A stretch of 64,000 nucleotides of DNA from Nannocystis bainbridge. GTDB taxonomy: Bacteria; Myxococcota_A; Polyangia; Nannocystales; Nannocystaceae. The number at the start of each line of letters is the position of its first letter. Positions within the stretch are counted from its first letter, which is position 1. Below are positions 30,142 to 39,392 of this stretch, one piece after another. The stretch is from NCBI RefSeq assembly GCF_028368995.1, contig NZ_JAQNDL010000002.1, forward strand, positions 1,440,001 through 1,504,000, read 5' to 3'. The position numbers and the translations under genes are program-made. The notes below the pieces were generated by a model. The model was not told the origin of the DNA. It made no database searches and saw only the letters and a program-made list of their open reading frames with translations.

Positions 30142-30989
30142 TGCTGGCCTTCGGGACATGTCGTTCGGGACACTGGCTCAGGGGACATGCCCTCAAGGCC
30201 ATGTCACTGACGCTCGCGCTGGCGGCCGGCTGCGTGTTCGGCTACCGCAGCGAGGCCGAGGTCGAGGCGACCTGGCCGCTGACCGAGGTGCAGGCGGTGC
30301 GGGTCGCCCTGCCGGACACGCCGCTGACGGTGGTCGGCGACCCGATGGCGACCGGCCTCGAGCTGCGCGGCGAGTGGCGGGCGGCCGGCGGCAGCAAGAA
30401 GGTGGCCAGGGCCAACGCCCGCACGCCGCAGCTGGTGTTCGACGTGACCGGCGGGTTCGCCCGGCTCGGCGCGGTGGTGCCGCTGGCGGTCGATGACCAG
30501 GTCGATCTCGAGGTCGAGGAGATCCGGCTGCCGCCCACGCTCGACCTCGAGCTGCAGACGGGGCTCGGCGACGTCGACGTCGTCGGTGTGCGCGGCAACA
30601 TCGGCGTCGACGTCGACATCGGCGACGTCGACATCGAGGGTGGCGACGGCGGGGTGGCGGTGCGCACCGGCGAGGGCCGCGTGCGCGTCGAGTCGGCCGG
30701 CAACCTGGACCTGCGCACCCGCCACGGCACCGTCGAGGTGTGGCAGGCGGGCGCGGGCGGCAACGACGTGGTCGTCCGCGCCACCGGCGACGTGCGCGTG
30801 TGGCTGCGCTCCGACGCCGACCTGGACCTCGACCTCGCGGGCGATCAGATCCGCGTGCAGACAGGCACCGTGTCGACGATCACCAGCGGCTCGTTCCGCC
30901 GCGCGGTCGGCGGCGGGCACGTGAAGATCTGGCTCGACGCCGGCCCGGGCCGGATCGAGGTCCGCCTCGGCGAGCCCGAGACGCCGTGA
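30141..30989 (+). CDS. DUF4097/adhesin-like beta-repeat lipoprotein
   Basis: Lipobox AAGC; repeated TGxGDVDV-type strands; start at 30141 or 30201. Confidence 0.65.
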   Translation: MLAFGTCRSGHWLRGHALKAMSLTLALAAGCVFGYRSEAEVEATWPLTEVQAVRVALPDTPLTVVGDPMATGLELRGEWRAAGGSKKVARANARTPQLVFDVTGGFARLGAVVPLAVDDQVDLEVEEIRLPPTLDLELQTGLGDVDVVGVRGNIGVDVDIGDVDIEGGDGGVAVRTGEGRVRVESAGNLDLRTRHGTVEVWQAGAGGNDVVVRATGDVRVWLRSDADLDLDLAGDQIRVQTGTVSTITSGSFRRAVGGGHVKIWLDAGPGRIEVRLGEPETP

Positions 30990-31219
30990 CGCGCCCCGGC
31001 GACGCCGGCCGCACGGACGAGCCGCGCGAGCGGGCTCGTCGTCAGCGGGCGTCAGAGGCGGCGCACGGCGCGAGCGGGTTCGCCGCGAGCCGGACACGCC
31101 GGTCGTGAAGACGCAGCGAAGTCCACGGCGAACCCTCGGGCTCGGCGTCCGTCGGTGGGTCACACTCCGAGGCTTGCGAGCAGCCCGGCGCCCGTGCTAA
31201 ACGCATCGCCGCTCCTCGC

Positions 31220-31304
31220 GCCAGAGTGGCGAAATCGGTAGACGCGGCGGACTCAAAATCCGTTGAGGTAGCCCCTCGTGTCGGTTCGAGTCCGACCTCT
31301 GGCA
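31220..31304 (+). tRNA. tRNA-Leu (anticodon CAA)
   Basis: Acceptor GCCAGAG/CTCTGGC, D loop GGTAGAC, anticodon arm GCGGA-CTCAAAA-TCCGT, long variable arm, GGTTCGAGTCC; CCA not encoded. Confidence 0.96.
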
Positions 31305-31329
31305 CTCCCCCGGGCTTCGTGCCAAAACG

Positions 31330-31989
31330 ATGCCCGTGACTATCGATGTCGTGCGATCGCCGGCTGAACGCTCCCTCGCTGGAGACGCCGGTCTCTCGCG
31401 GCATCTGCTGTGCGCGGTGCCGCAGCTCATCGATCCCAACTTCGTGCGCTCGGTGGTCCTCATCATCGATCACTCGGAGCGCGGCGCGTTCGGCCTCGTC
31501 ATCAACCACCGCCTGCCGACGACGATCGCCGAGTTCGCCGACGCCGTGACGATGCAGTGGGAGGGCCCCGCCGACCAGGGGCTGCGCCTCGGCGGCCCGG
31601 TCGAGCCGGTGCGCGCGTTCCTCCTCCACGACCAGTCGGAGTGGGACCCGCTCGCCGAGGGCGTCGCGCCCGGGGCGTTCCTCACCGCCTCGCTCGAGGG
31701 CGTGCGCCGCGTCCACGACAACCGCTTCGGCGGCGACGGCCGTAACTACCTGGTGTTCCTCGGCTACGCCGGCTGGGGCCCCGGCCAGCTCGAGTCCGAG
31801 ATGGCGCAGGGCAGCTGGTTGGCGGTGCCGCTGCGCGAGCCGGTCAGCGATGTCCCCGGCGTGCCGGTGCCGTGGCTGTTCCACACCGCGCCGGAGATGA
31901 TGTGGCACGACGCGCTCGCGGCCGTCGGCATCGACCCGGCGCGGCTCATCGGCGCAGGCGTCGGCTCGGGCCGCGCGCCCCAGGCGTGA
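31330..31989 (+). CDS. YqgE/AlgH family protein
   Basis: DPNFVRSVV, GAFGLVIN, GGPVE, LGYAGWGPGQLESE. Confidence 0.92.
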   Translation: MPVTIDVVRSPAERSLAGDAGLSRHLLCAVPQLIDPNFVRSVVLIIDHSERGAFGLVINHRLPTTIAEFADAVTMQWEGPADQGLRLGGPVEPVRAFLLHDQSEWDPLAEGVAPGAFLTASLEGVRRVHDNRFGGDGRNYLVFLGYAGWGPGQLESEMAQGSWLAVPLREPVSDVPGVPVPWLFHTAPEMMWHDALAAVGIDPARLIGAGVGSGRAPQA

Positions 31990-32064
31990 GCCAGGCGGGT
32001 CGCCCTCGCAGCCCGCGCCTGCCTCGCGTCCGCGAGGCGCCCGGGACGACGAGCGCGCTGCATC

Positions 32065-32158
32065 GAGCATGTTCAATAGGACATGCTCTCATGAGCATGT
32101 CCTTCGAGTCATGTCCCAAGGATAATGATCTTTCGAGCATGTTCGAGAGGACATGCCT
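32065..32158. repeat. 14-bp-period array (intergenic, between convergent genes)
   Basis: CATG 32068, 32082, 32096, 32110, AATG 32124, CATG 32138, 32152. Confidence 0.9.
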
Positions 32159-32200
32159 GCGCCGGTCCACGCGCCCGACGATCGTGCAGCGAACGCCGCC

Positions 32201-33817
32201 TCAGCGATCGTGCAGGCGCGTGCCGAGCGGCCGCTTCGCCTCGTCGCGCAGGCCGACGAGCACGCTGTCGCCGGCCTCGGCCAGGGCCAGCTCGCCGTAG
32301 CGGGCCGCCTCGAGCGTCGTGGCCTCGCCCTCGGGGAACAGGAACGTCTCCGCCCCGAGGCTCACTTCGTCGCCGCGCTTGTGGTAGCGCAGGCGCAGCT
32401 CGCCGGGCCGCAGCGCGCGGCCGTCGTCGACGCGGACGAACTGGGCCACGTCGTCGGCGTCGCGGGTGACGACCAGCGCCCCGCGCGAGGCCATCGCCTG
32501 CACGTCGTCCAGCTCGGACACCAGCGCGTAGCGCAGCTCCATGTAGTCGCCCTGCATCAGCGAGCGCGGATCGACCGGGGCAAGGCGCAGCAGCACTCGC
32601 TCGCCCGCCGCCAGCACGCGCTCCTTCTCGAACACCACCCACCCGGGGATCGCCAGCCCGAGCGCCAGCGCCAGCGACAACCACCGCAGGTCGCCGCCCC
32701 GCGTCGCCAGCCGGCCCGCCTCCGTCTCGCGCGGGCGCGCGGCCGTGCGCCGCAGCAAGCCGGCCAACAGCAGGAACATCAGGCCGTGGCTGACGGCCAC
32801 GAGCGACTTGGCCAGCAGCGTCGTGCCGTGCTCGTAGTACCAGAAGCCGAGGAAGCCGCCGATCGCGCTCAGGCCGAGCAGGCGCAGGTTGAAGCTCGCG
32901 CGCAGCTGCCCGAGGATCAGCAGCGTCAGCCCGGCGCTGAGGCCCGGGGTGTCGAGGCCGAGCAGGGCGGTCAGCCAGATCCCCACACACGCGGCCGCCT
33001 GGGCCCGCCCGCGCAGCTCCGGCCGCTCGCGCCCCGCCTGTACGATCAGCCAGGTCGACAGCGCCGCCCAGCCCGCCGACAGCGCCATCGCTTCGAGCGC
33101 CCACGCGTCGCCGAGGAACATCGGCAGCCCGTCGGTCGCCCCGTCGCCGGCCCCGACCGTGATCGGCCCCAACAGCGCGAGCGGGAGGGTATACGCCAGC
33201 GGCTGCCACAGCCGGCCCAGCCGCGGCAGCAGCTGCGCCTGCAGCACCCACAGTCCGCACAGACATGTCCCCATGAACAGGGCCAAAAGACCATGTCCGA
33301 AGGGACCTACGTCGAGCTCGGCGGCCAGCACCAGCAGCGCCCAGGCGCCGACCAGGACCGCGGCGCAGCCGATGCTGAGGTCGCGGATCAGCCCCAGCGT
33401 GATCGCTTGCAGGATCATCGTGGCGACGCACATGGCCTCGTCGTCGCCGATGACCTCGGCCAGGCTGACGAGCAGCAGGATCTGGCCGCCGATGGCGGCG
33501 ATCCACCGCAGCTGCAGCTCGAGCAGGGTGGTCGCGCCGCGCGCGAGCACGGCCGCCAGCCCGAGGCCCGCGGCGCCGAGCGTGAGGCCGAGCGGCGCCA
33601 CCTCGGTGACATCCATCTCCACCAGGAAGACCGCCAGCAGCAGCGCCCCGAGCCACACCGAGACCGAGGCGCCCGCCTGCTGCAGCCGCAAGCCCTCGCC
33701 GGTGAGCCCGGTCAAGGCGTCGCGGGTCCGCTGCCCGAGCGGCGTGTCGGCGTCGAGCGCCGCGGGGTCGACGTGGCCCTCGCGGGCCAGCTGCTCGAGC
33801 AGCGCCCGGGTGCTCAC
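32201..33817 (-). CDS. DUF4401-like membrane domain fused to a GDYXXLXY domain
   Basis: Multi-TM N-terminus; LAPVDPRSLMQGDYMELRY; GTG start overlaps the upstream stop (GTGA). Confidence 0.85.
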   Translation of the reverse strand: MSTRALLEQLAREGHVDPAALDADTPLGQRTRDALTGLTGEGLRLQQAGASVSVWLGALLLAVFLVEMDVTEVAPLGLTLGAAGLGLAAVLARGATTLLELQLRWIAAIGGQILLLVSLAEVIGDDEAMCVATMILQAITLGLIRDLSIGCAAVLVGAWALLVLAAELDVGPFGHGLLALFMGTCLCGLWVLQAQLLPRLGRLWQPLAYTLPLALLGPITVGAGDGATDGLPMFLGDAWALEAMALSAGWAALSTWLIVQAGRERPELRGRAQAAACVGIWLTALLGLDTPGLSAGLTLLILGQLRASFNLRLLGLSAIGGFLGFWYYEHGTTLLAKSLVAVSHGLMFLLLAGLLRRTAARPRETEAGRLATRGGDLRWLSLALALGLAIPGWVVFEKERVLAAGERVLLRLAPVDPRSLMQGDYMELRYALVSELDDVQAMASRGALVVTRDADDVAQFVRVDDGRALRPGELRLRYHKRGDEVSLGAETFLFPEGEATTLEAARYGELALAEAGDSVLVGLRDEAKRPLGTRLHDR

Positions 33818-34806
33818 GCCTCGTCCTCCTCGGGCTCGGCCGGGCGGCGGGCGCGGAACCACTCGCCGCCGACGTAGCCCTGCGCGCCGAGCAACATGCT
33901 CATGATGAACAGGCCGCTGACCCCGGCGTCGAGCACGTCGAACACCAGCTTGCCCTCGGCGATGGCGAGCAGGCCGAACAGGTGGGCCACCGCCACGCGC
34001 TCGAGCTTGAAGTCGCCGAGCTCGCGCCCGAAGTGCAGCAGCGCGGCCGGCTGCGCCAGGGCCACCAGCAGCGCGAGCGCCTGTCCTTCGGGCCAGCCGT
34101 TCATGACGATCGCCGCCGCGCCGTGGGCGAAGCCGATGCACCAGCCGAGCATCAACGCCGTCGCCGCGGGGCCCTCGAGCGCGCCGCGGCGGATCCGGAG
34201 GAGCAGCGCCAGGGCGGTCAGGGCGGCCGTCACGGCCAGGCTGACCCAAAGACCAGGTGTCTCGAACGGGTTGCTGCCGAGCGCCTGATCGATCCACAGG
34301 TAGGCGGTCGTCACCGCCAGCAGCAGCGCCGTGATCCACGCGCCGCTGAACCGGGTCGCCAGCGCGTAGCCGGCCAGCACCACCGACCAGGCGAGGAACA
34401 GCTCGAACGCGTCGGCGCCGGTCTGGTAGACCTGGCCGACCAGGGCCAGCAGCGGCCCGAACAGCAGCCCGCCGGCCAGCGCCGCGGCCCGCCCGCTGAG
34501 CTTGTCGAGCCCGAGCCTGCCGCCCGCGAGGGTGGCGACGGCCATCGCCGCGGCCGCCATGCCGATCCGCGCCTGCGGCGAGAACATGTCCCAGTTGGCG
34601 GCGACGAAGAAGATCGCGCCGGCGACCGCGAGCACGGTGCCGAGGATGATCAGGTGGAAGCGCGCGAACCGGTACCAGCTCTCGGCGGTCGGCTTGTGGC
34701 CGATCAGCTCGAGCGCGCGCTCGAGGGCCGCGGGCTCGAGCACGCCGGCGGCCGCGAGCGCATGCACGCGGACTGCCAGCGGCGCCCCTGCCAGCGGGTC
34801 GTTCAC
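33814..34806 (-). CDS. DUF2157 family membrane protein
   Basis: AIFFVAANW, LALVGQVYQTGAD, LFLAW. Confidence 0.85.
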   Translation of the reverse strand: MNDPLAGAPLAVRVHALAAAGVLEPAALERALELIGHKPTAESWYRFARFHLIILGTVLAVAGAIFFVAANWDMFSPQARIGMAAAAMAVATLAGGRLGLDKLSGRAAALAGGLLFGPLLALVGQVYQTGADAFELFLAWSVVLAGYALATRFSGAWITALLLAVTTAYLWIDQALGSNPFETPGLWVSLAVTAALTALALLLRIRRGALEGPAATALMLGWCIGFAHGAAAIVMNGWPEGQALALLVALAQPAALLHFGRELGDFKLERVAVAHLFGLLAIAEGKLVFDVLDAGVSGLFIMSMLLGAQGYVGGEWFRARRPAEPEEDEA

Positions 34807-35132
34807 GCGGCGACGGTAGCACGCCGGCCCGGAGCCCGCGACGCCGGCGGCCATCCTGCGCCAGGGCGTCGGTCGACGCGGCGACGCGCGAGACCGCGAG
34901 ACGAAGATGGGCACGGCAGGACAGGCCAGGTATCGACCGCAAAGGCGGATGCACGGGTACGCCGGCAGGATGAGGGGACCGTCGCACCGCCGACCGCGCA
35001 CCGGGAGCGCATGCCTCGGGCGACAGGACATGGCGCGAGGGACAGGTCGCGTATTCGACCGCGAAGCCTGGCGTCCTGGCTGGCCCGCGGTCGCGAGCGC
35101 CCCCGGCTGCCGCGCTCGGGTATCGTGGCGGC

Positions 35133-36668
35133 ATGCGACGGACTCGTTCTTCCTTACCGCTGGCCCTCACGCTGGCCGGGTGCAGCGTCGAGATCGGGCA
35201 GCCCACCGACACCTCGACGAGCGAGGGCTCCGCGACCACCGAGTCTCAGGGCGAGAGCACGACGGGCACGTCGACCGTCGATCCGACCGGGGCCCCGACG
35301 ACCTCGACCGCTTCCACCTCGAGCACGAGCACGGGCACGACCGAGGCCGCGACCACTGACGTGCCGGCCGAGACCGACGGGCCGGTCCTGCCGGGCTGCG
35401 GGGATGAGTCTCATTTCGCCACGTTCAAGCAGCCGACCACGCTGATCCACGTGGCGACCGACGGCGCCGACGGGCCCGACTGCGGCGGCGAGGCGACGCC
35501 GTGTCAGACCCTCGCCGCGGCCGCGGCCAAGGCCACGCCGGGCACCGGCATTCGCCTGCTCGGCGAGACCTTCGGCCCCGACATCTTCCTCACCGACCTC
35601 GCCGGCACCGAAGATGCGCCGATCTGGATCGGCGGCGAACCGAATGGCACGCGCCCGCTCATCAGCGGCGGCGGCGAGGGCCTGCACCTGTCGCGTGTCC
35701 GCCACCTGGTCCTGCACGACCTCGAGATCACCGGCGCCACCAGCAACGGTATCAACGTCGACGACGGCGGCGACGTCGACGATCCGGAGGCGACCCGCTT
35801 CGTCGCGTTCGAACGCCTCTACATCCACGACATCGGCCAGGGCGGCAACCAGGACTGCCTCAAGCTGTCGGGCGTGCACGATTTCTGGGTGCTGGGCAGC
35901 CAGTTCGAGCGCTGCGGGGCCGGCGGCAGCGGCATCGATCACGTCGGCTGTCACCGCGGCCTGCTGGTCGGCAACTGGTTCCACGACAACGGCGGCAACG
36001 CGATCCAGACCAAGGGCGGCAGCGAGGACATCGAGATCCGCGGCAACACCATGGTCGACTGCGGGCAGCGGGCGGTGAACATGGGCGGCTCGACCGGGTT
36101 CGAGTTCTTCCGCCCGCCGCTGACCCCCGACGGCGTCAACGCGGAGGCGCGAAACATCCGCGTGGTCAGCAACGTGATCGAGGGCGGGGAGGTGCCGCTG
36201 GCGTTCGTCGGCTGCGTCGACTGCCTGGCGGCCCACAACACGATCATCCGCCCGCAGCAGTGGCTGCTGCGGATCCTGCAAGAGACGGTGACGGACCAGC
36301 AGTTCACGTTCGCGCCGGCGAGCGGCGGCCGTTTCTTCAACAACCTGGTGCTGTTCGACCGCGCCGAGATCTCGACGCACGTGAACATCGGCGGCGACAC
36401 GGCGCCCGAGACGTTCAGCTTCGCCAGCAACCTGTGGTTTGCCGCCGACGCGCCCGATCAGTCGAGCCCCGCCGGCGATCTGCCGGTCGTCGAGACCGAT
36501 CCGCTGACCGGCGTCGATCCGCTGCTGGTCAACCTCACCGACGACTACCGCCTCACGCCCGCCAGCCCGGCGCTCGGCACGGGCACGCCGCTGCCGGAGG
36601 TGGTCGCCGACCGCGACGGGCTGTGCTGGCGCGATCCGCCGAGCCGCGGCGCCTACGAGCTGCACTGA
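35133..36668 (+). CDS. Right-handed beta-helix (pectin-lyase-like) lipoprotein with Thr stalk
   Basis: Lipobox LAGC, HVATDGAD...PCQT, GTEDAPIWI, repeated GN/HDN beta-helix turns, C-terminal GAYE. Confidence 0.75.
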   Translation: MRRTRSSLPLALTLAGCSVEIGQPTDTSTSEGSATTESQGESTTGTSTVDPTGAPTTSTASTSSTSTGTTEAATTDVPAETDGPVLPGCGDESHFATFKQPTTLIHVATDGADGPDCGGEATPCQTLAAAAAKATPGTGIRLLGETFGPDIFLTDLAGTEDAPIWIGGEPNGTRPLISGGGEGLHLSRVRHLVLHDLEITGATSNGINVDDGGDVDDPEATRFVAFERLYIHDIGQGGNQDCLKLSGVHDFWVLGSQFERCGAGGSGIDHVGCHRGLLVGNWFHDNGGNAIQTKGGSEDIEIRGNTMVDCGQRAVNMGGSTGFEFFRPPLTPDGVNAEARNIRVVSNVIEGGEVPLAFVGCVDCLAAHNTIIRPQQWLLRILQETVTDQQFTFAPASGGRFFNNLVLFDRAEISTHVNIGGDTAPETFSFASNLWFAADAPDQSSPAGDLPVVETDPLTGVDPLLVNLTDDYRLTPASPALGTGTPLPEVVADRDGLCWRDPPSRGAYELH

Positions 36669-36697
36669 GCGCGGCGGCCGGGCCGCCGCGCACCTCG

Positions 36698-36749
36698 GGA
36701 CATGTCCGTCAGCACATGTCCGTCAGAGCATGTCCCGCAGCACATGCCC
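36698..36749. repeat. 14-bp-period array (intergenic, between convergent genes)
   Basis: CATG 36701, 36715, 36729, 36743. Confidence 0.85.
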
Positions 36750-36760
36750 TGCAGGCCAGC

Positions 36761-37159
36761 TCATACGCACGCCGCCGCGGTCTTGAGCAGCTCGCTGTAG
36801 GCCTCGGCATCCAACAAAGTGGTGAACTCGCTGAGGTCGGGGGGGCGCACCGCGATCATCCAGCCCTCGCCGTAGCAGTCGTCGCTGATGGTCGCGGGCG
36901 TCAGGTCGAGGCCCTCGTGCACGCGGACTACCGAGCCGCTCAGCGGCGTGAACAGCTCGATCTCCGCCTTGGCGCTCTCGAGCACCGCGAAGCACTGGCC
37001 GGGCGCGAGCTCGTCGCCGGGCTGGACGCGGAGGGCGAAATCGGTGATCTCGCCGAGCTGATCGAGGGCGCGAGCGCTGAGCCCGACGAGCACGCTGTCG
37101 CCGTCGAGTTCGGCCCAGACATGATTGCGCGCGTACCGGCGGGAGTGAACGGGGGGCAT
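36761..37159 (-). CDS. gcvH: Glycine cleavage system H protein (lipoyl carrier)
   Basis: YARNHVW, LGEI, ESAKA (lipoyl Lys), PLSG, YGEGWM. Confidence 0.85.
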   Translation of the reverse strand: MPPVHSRRYARNHVWAELDGDSVLVGLSARALDQLGEITDFALRVQPGDELAPGQCFAVLESAKAEIELFTPLSGSVVRVHEGLDLTPATISDDCYGEGWMIAVRPPDLSEFTTLLDAEAYSELLKTAAACV

Positions 37160-37234
37160 CGGTTTCGCGTTATCCCACGCGAACCTGGCGCCAGCAACGG
37201 CCCCACTGCGCCGCAGCAGAACCGCGTTCGGGGG

Positions 37235-37813
37235 TCAGCGGCGGCCGGTGGTGGCCAGCTGCACGGCGATCCCGAGCAGCGCCAGCGCGGCCCACGCGAC
37301 GACCTCGGGGACCGCGTCGGGCAGGCCACCGGTCCACGGCAGGGCCGTCAGGTCGGTCAGCCACCGGATCGGGCTCTCGGCCATCACCTCGGCGCTGCGC
37401 ACCACCAGCGCCGCGCCGGTGATCGCGGTGGCGACGATCAGCACCACCCGCGTCACCACTACGCTGGCGCTGCCGGCCACGCAGGCCAGCAGCAGCTGGA
37501 CCTGCCACGAGACGCCGCCGACGGCCGGCGCGGCGGCCCAGGTCAGCAGCAGCGCCGCGACCGCGCCGATGGCGAAGACGCCGATCCGGAAGTACGCCAG
37601 CACCGTGCCGAGGCCGAGCAGGCCGGCGCCGATCTGCATCAAGCTGGCCGTGAGGACCTGTCCCGGAAACCAGATCGCGGCCAGAGCGGCGCCGGCGCCG
37701 ACGCCGAACACCAGGCCGTAGATGCCGAGCACCAGCGGGAACAACCTGTATCCGGCGATGCAGTGCACGAGCCCCACCAGGAGCGCGACGACGGGGGGCA
37801 GACCGAGCGGCAC
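37235..37813 (-). CDS. DUF4203-like membrane protein
   Basis: CIAGYRLF, ATAITGA, GIAVQ; multi-TM. Confidence 0.7.
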   Translation of the reverse strand: MPLGLPPVVALLVGLVHCIAGYRLFPLVLGIYGLVFGVGAGAALAAIWFPGQVLTASLMQIGAGLLGLGTVLAYFRIGVFAIGAVAALLLTWAAAPAVGGVSWQVQLLLACVAGSASVVVTRVVLIVATAITGAALVVRSAEVMAESPIRWLTDLTALPWTGGLPDAVPEVVAWAALALLGIAVQLATTGRR

Positions 37814-38087
37814 GCCGGGACCCTAGCGACCGCGACCGCACAGGGCAAAATAACGGCCGGCCCGGCCGGGGGCAGAGGGCCGGCTCGCCGGTCGCGGCCG
37901 TCGCGGAGGCCAGCTCCGGCAGCGCGCCGGCGAACCCATCCTGGGGGCTGCGAGATCGCGAACGGCCCGTCACGCTCCGCGAAGCCGCGGTCGCGGGTCC
38001 GGATGTTTCACCGTTCGCTGCGAGGACGGACACATGAGGGGTTCCCCCTCGTGACAGGCGATCGTGGTATGGCAGGTCGAACGCGCC

Positions 38088-39392
38088 ATGCGCACCGTCC
38101 TGCTCCTCGCACTCCTGGCCGTGACTCCGCTCGCCTGCGGCGGTGAAGCTGGCGCGGGTGGTCCGGGCGGCCCCGGCGGTCCCGGAGGCAAGGGTCGCCG
38201 CGGCGGTGAGGCCGAGCCGCTGGCCGTCGCCGTCACCACCCTGACCCCGGCCACCATCGAGCGGCACTACCGCGGCGCCGGCACCCTGCGGGCCCTGCGA
38301 GCCGCCGACCTGGTCGCGCTGCAGCCCGGCGTCGTGCTCGATCTCAAGGCCGAAGAGGGCGACCTCGTGGCCGAGGGCCAGCTGCTGGCTCGCCTCGACG
38401 GCCGCGCGTATCAGCTGCAGGCCGCGCGCGACCGCCTCAGCGCCCAGAACGCGGCCAAGGAGCTCGGGCGGCTCGAGCAGTTGACCGGCGTGCTGTCGCG
38501 CGAAGAGCTCGACAAGCAGCGCTACGCCGCCGAATCGGCGCTGGCCAGCGCCCAGGTGTCGCGCCACCAGGCCTCGCAGACGACCGTCTCGGCCCCGTTC
38601 GCCGGCACCATCACCCGCCGCCACATCGACGTCGGCAACCTCGCCACCACCTCCAAGTCGCTCTTCACGATCGCCGACCTCAGCGCCCTCGACCTCGAGC
38701 TGCACGTGCCCGAGCGCGAGGCCAGCGCGGTCCAGGCCGGGGCGCCGGCCGTCGTCGAGCTGCAGGACGGCAGCACGTTCGAGGCCCGGGTCGAGCGCCG
38801 GGCGCCGGTCGTCGACCCGCTGACCGGGACCGTGAAGTTCGTGGTCCGGGCCCGCAGCTTCCCCGCGGGCGCGGTGCCCGGGGCGTTCGCGCGCGCGACC
38901 CTGCGCGTGGCAGTGCGCGAGGCGGCGCCGAGCGTGCCGCGCAGCGCGATCGTCGAGGTCGAGGGCAAGCCGCACGTGTACGTGGTCGAGGAGGGCCGGG
39001 CTCGCCGGCGTCCGGTCGAGCTCGGGCTGGTCGGCGAGGACCGGGCGGAGATCCGCGGCGGCGTGGCCGAGGGCGCCTCGATCGTGCTCGACGCCGGCAC
39101 CGGCATCGCCGAGGGCATGCCCGTGCGCGCGGTCGCCGAGGGCGAGGCCAAGGGAGCCACCAAGGCGACGGGCGAGGGCAAGGCCGACGCTGCCGCGGGC
39201 GGCGAGGGCAAGGCCGCGGCGGGCCAGGCAGGCGCCGCGGCTGCGGGCCTGTCCGCCGAGGCAGGTCCGAAGGGACAGGTCCCCGAGGCCAGGTCCGAAG
39301 GGGCAGGTCCCGAGGGCCAGGTTCCCGCGGCCAGGGCGCAAGAGACAGGTCCGAAGGGGCAGGCGGCCGCGGCGCCGCCAGGGGTCCGGTGA
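38088..39392 (+). CDS. RND efflux periplasmic adaptor (MFP) lipoprotein
   Basis: Lipobox LAC, EGDLVAEGQLLARLD, VSAPFAGTI, VDPLTGTV, VPRSAI. Confidence 0.9.
   Translation: MRTVLLLALLAVTPLACGGEAGAGGPGGPGGPGGKGRRGGEAEPLAVAVTTLTPATIERHYRGAGTLRALRAADLVALQPGVVLDLKAEEGDLVAEGQLLARLDGRAYQLQAARDRLSAQNAAKELGRLEQLTGVLSREELDKQRYAAESALASAQVSRHQASQTTVSAPFAGTITRRHIDVGNLATTSKSLFTIADLSALDLELHVPEREASAVQAGAPAVVELQDGSTFEARVERRAPVVDPLTGTVKFVVRARSFPAGAVPGAFARATLRVAVREAAPSVPRSAIVEVEGKPHVYVVEEGRARRRPVELGLVGEDRAEIRGGVAEGASIVLDAGTGIAEGMPVRAVAEGEAKGATKATGEGKADAAAGGEGKAAAGQAGAAAAGLSAEAGPKGQVPEARSEGAGPEGQVPAARAQETGPKGQAAAAPPGVR
39245..39366. repeat. 14-bp-period array encoding the MFP C-terminal tail
   Basis: CCTG 39248, then CAGG at 39262, 39276, 39290, 39304, 39318, 39332, 39346, 39360. 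Confidence 0.88.

Noticed and set aside
31220-31330. tRNA-Leu as an integration site for a genomic island
   Set aside because: No integrase and no duplicated tRNA 3' end seen in the window.
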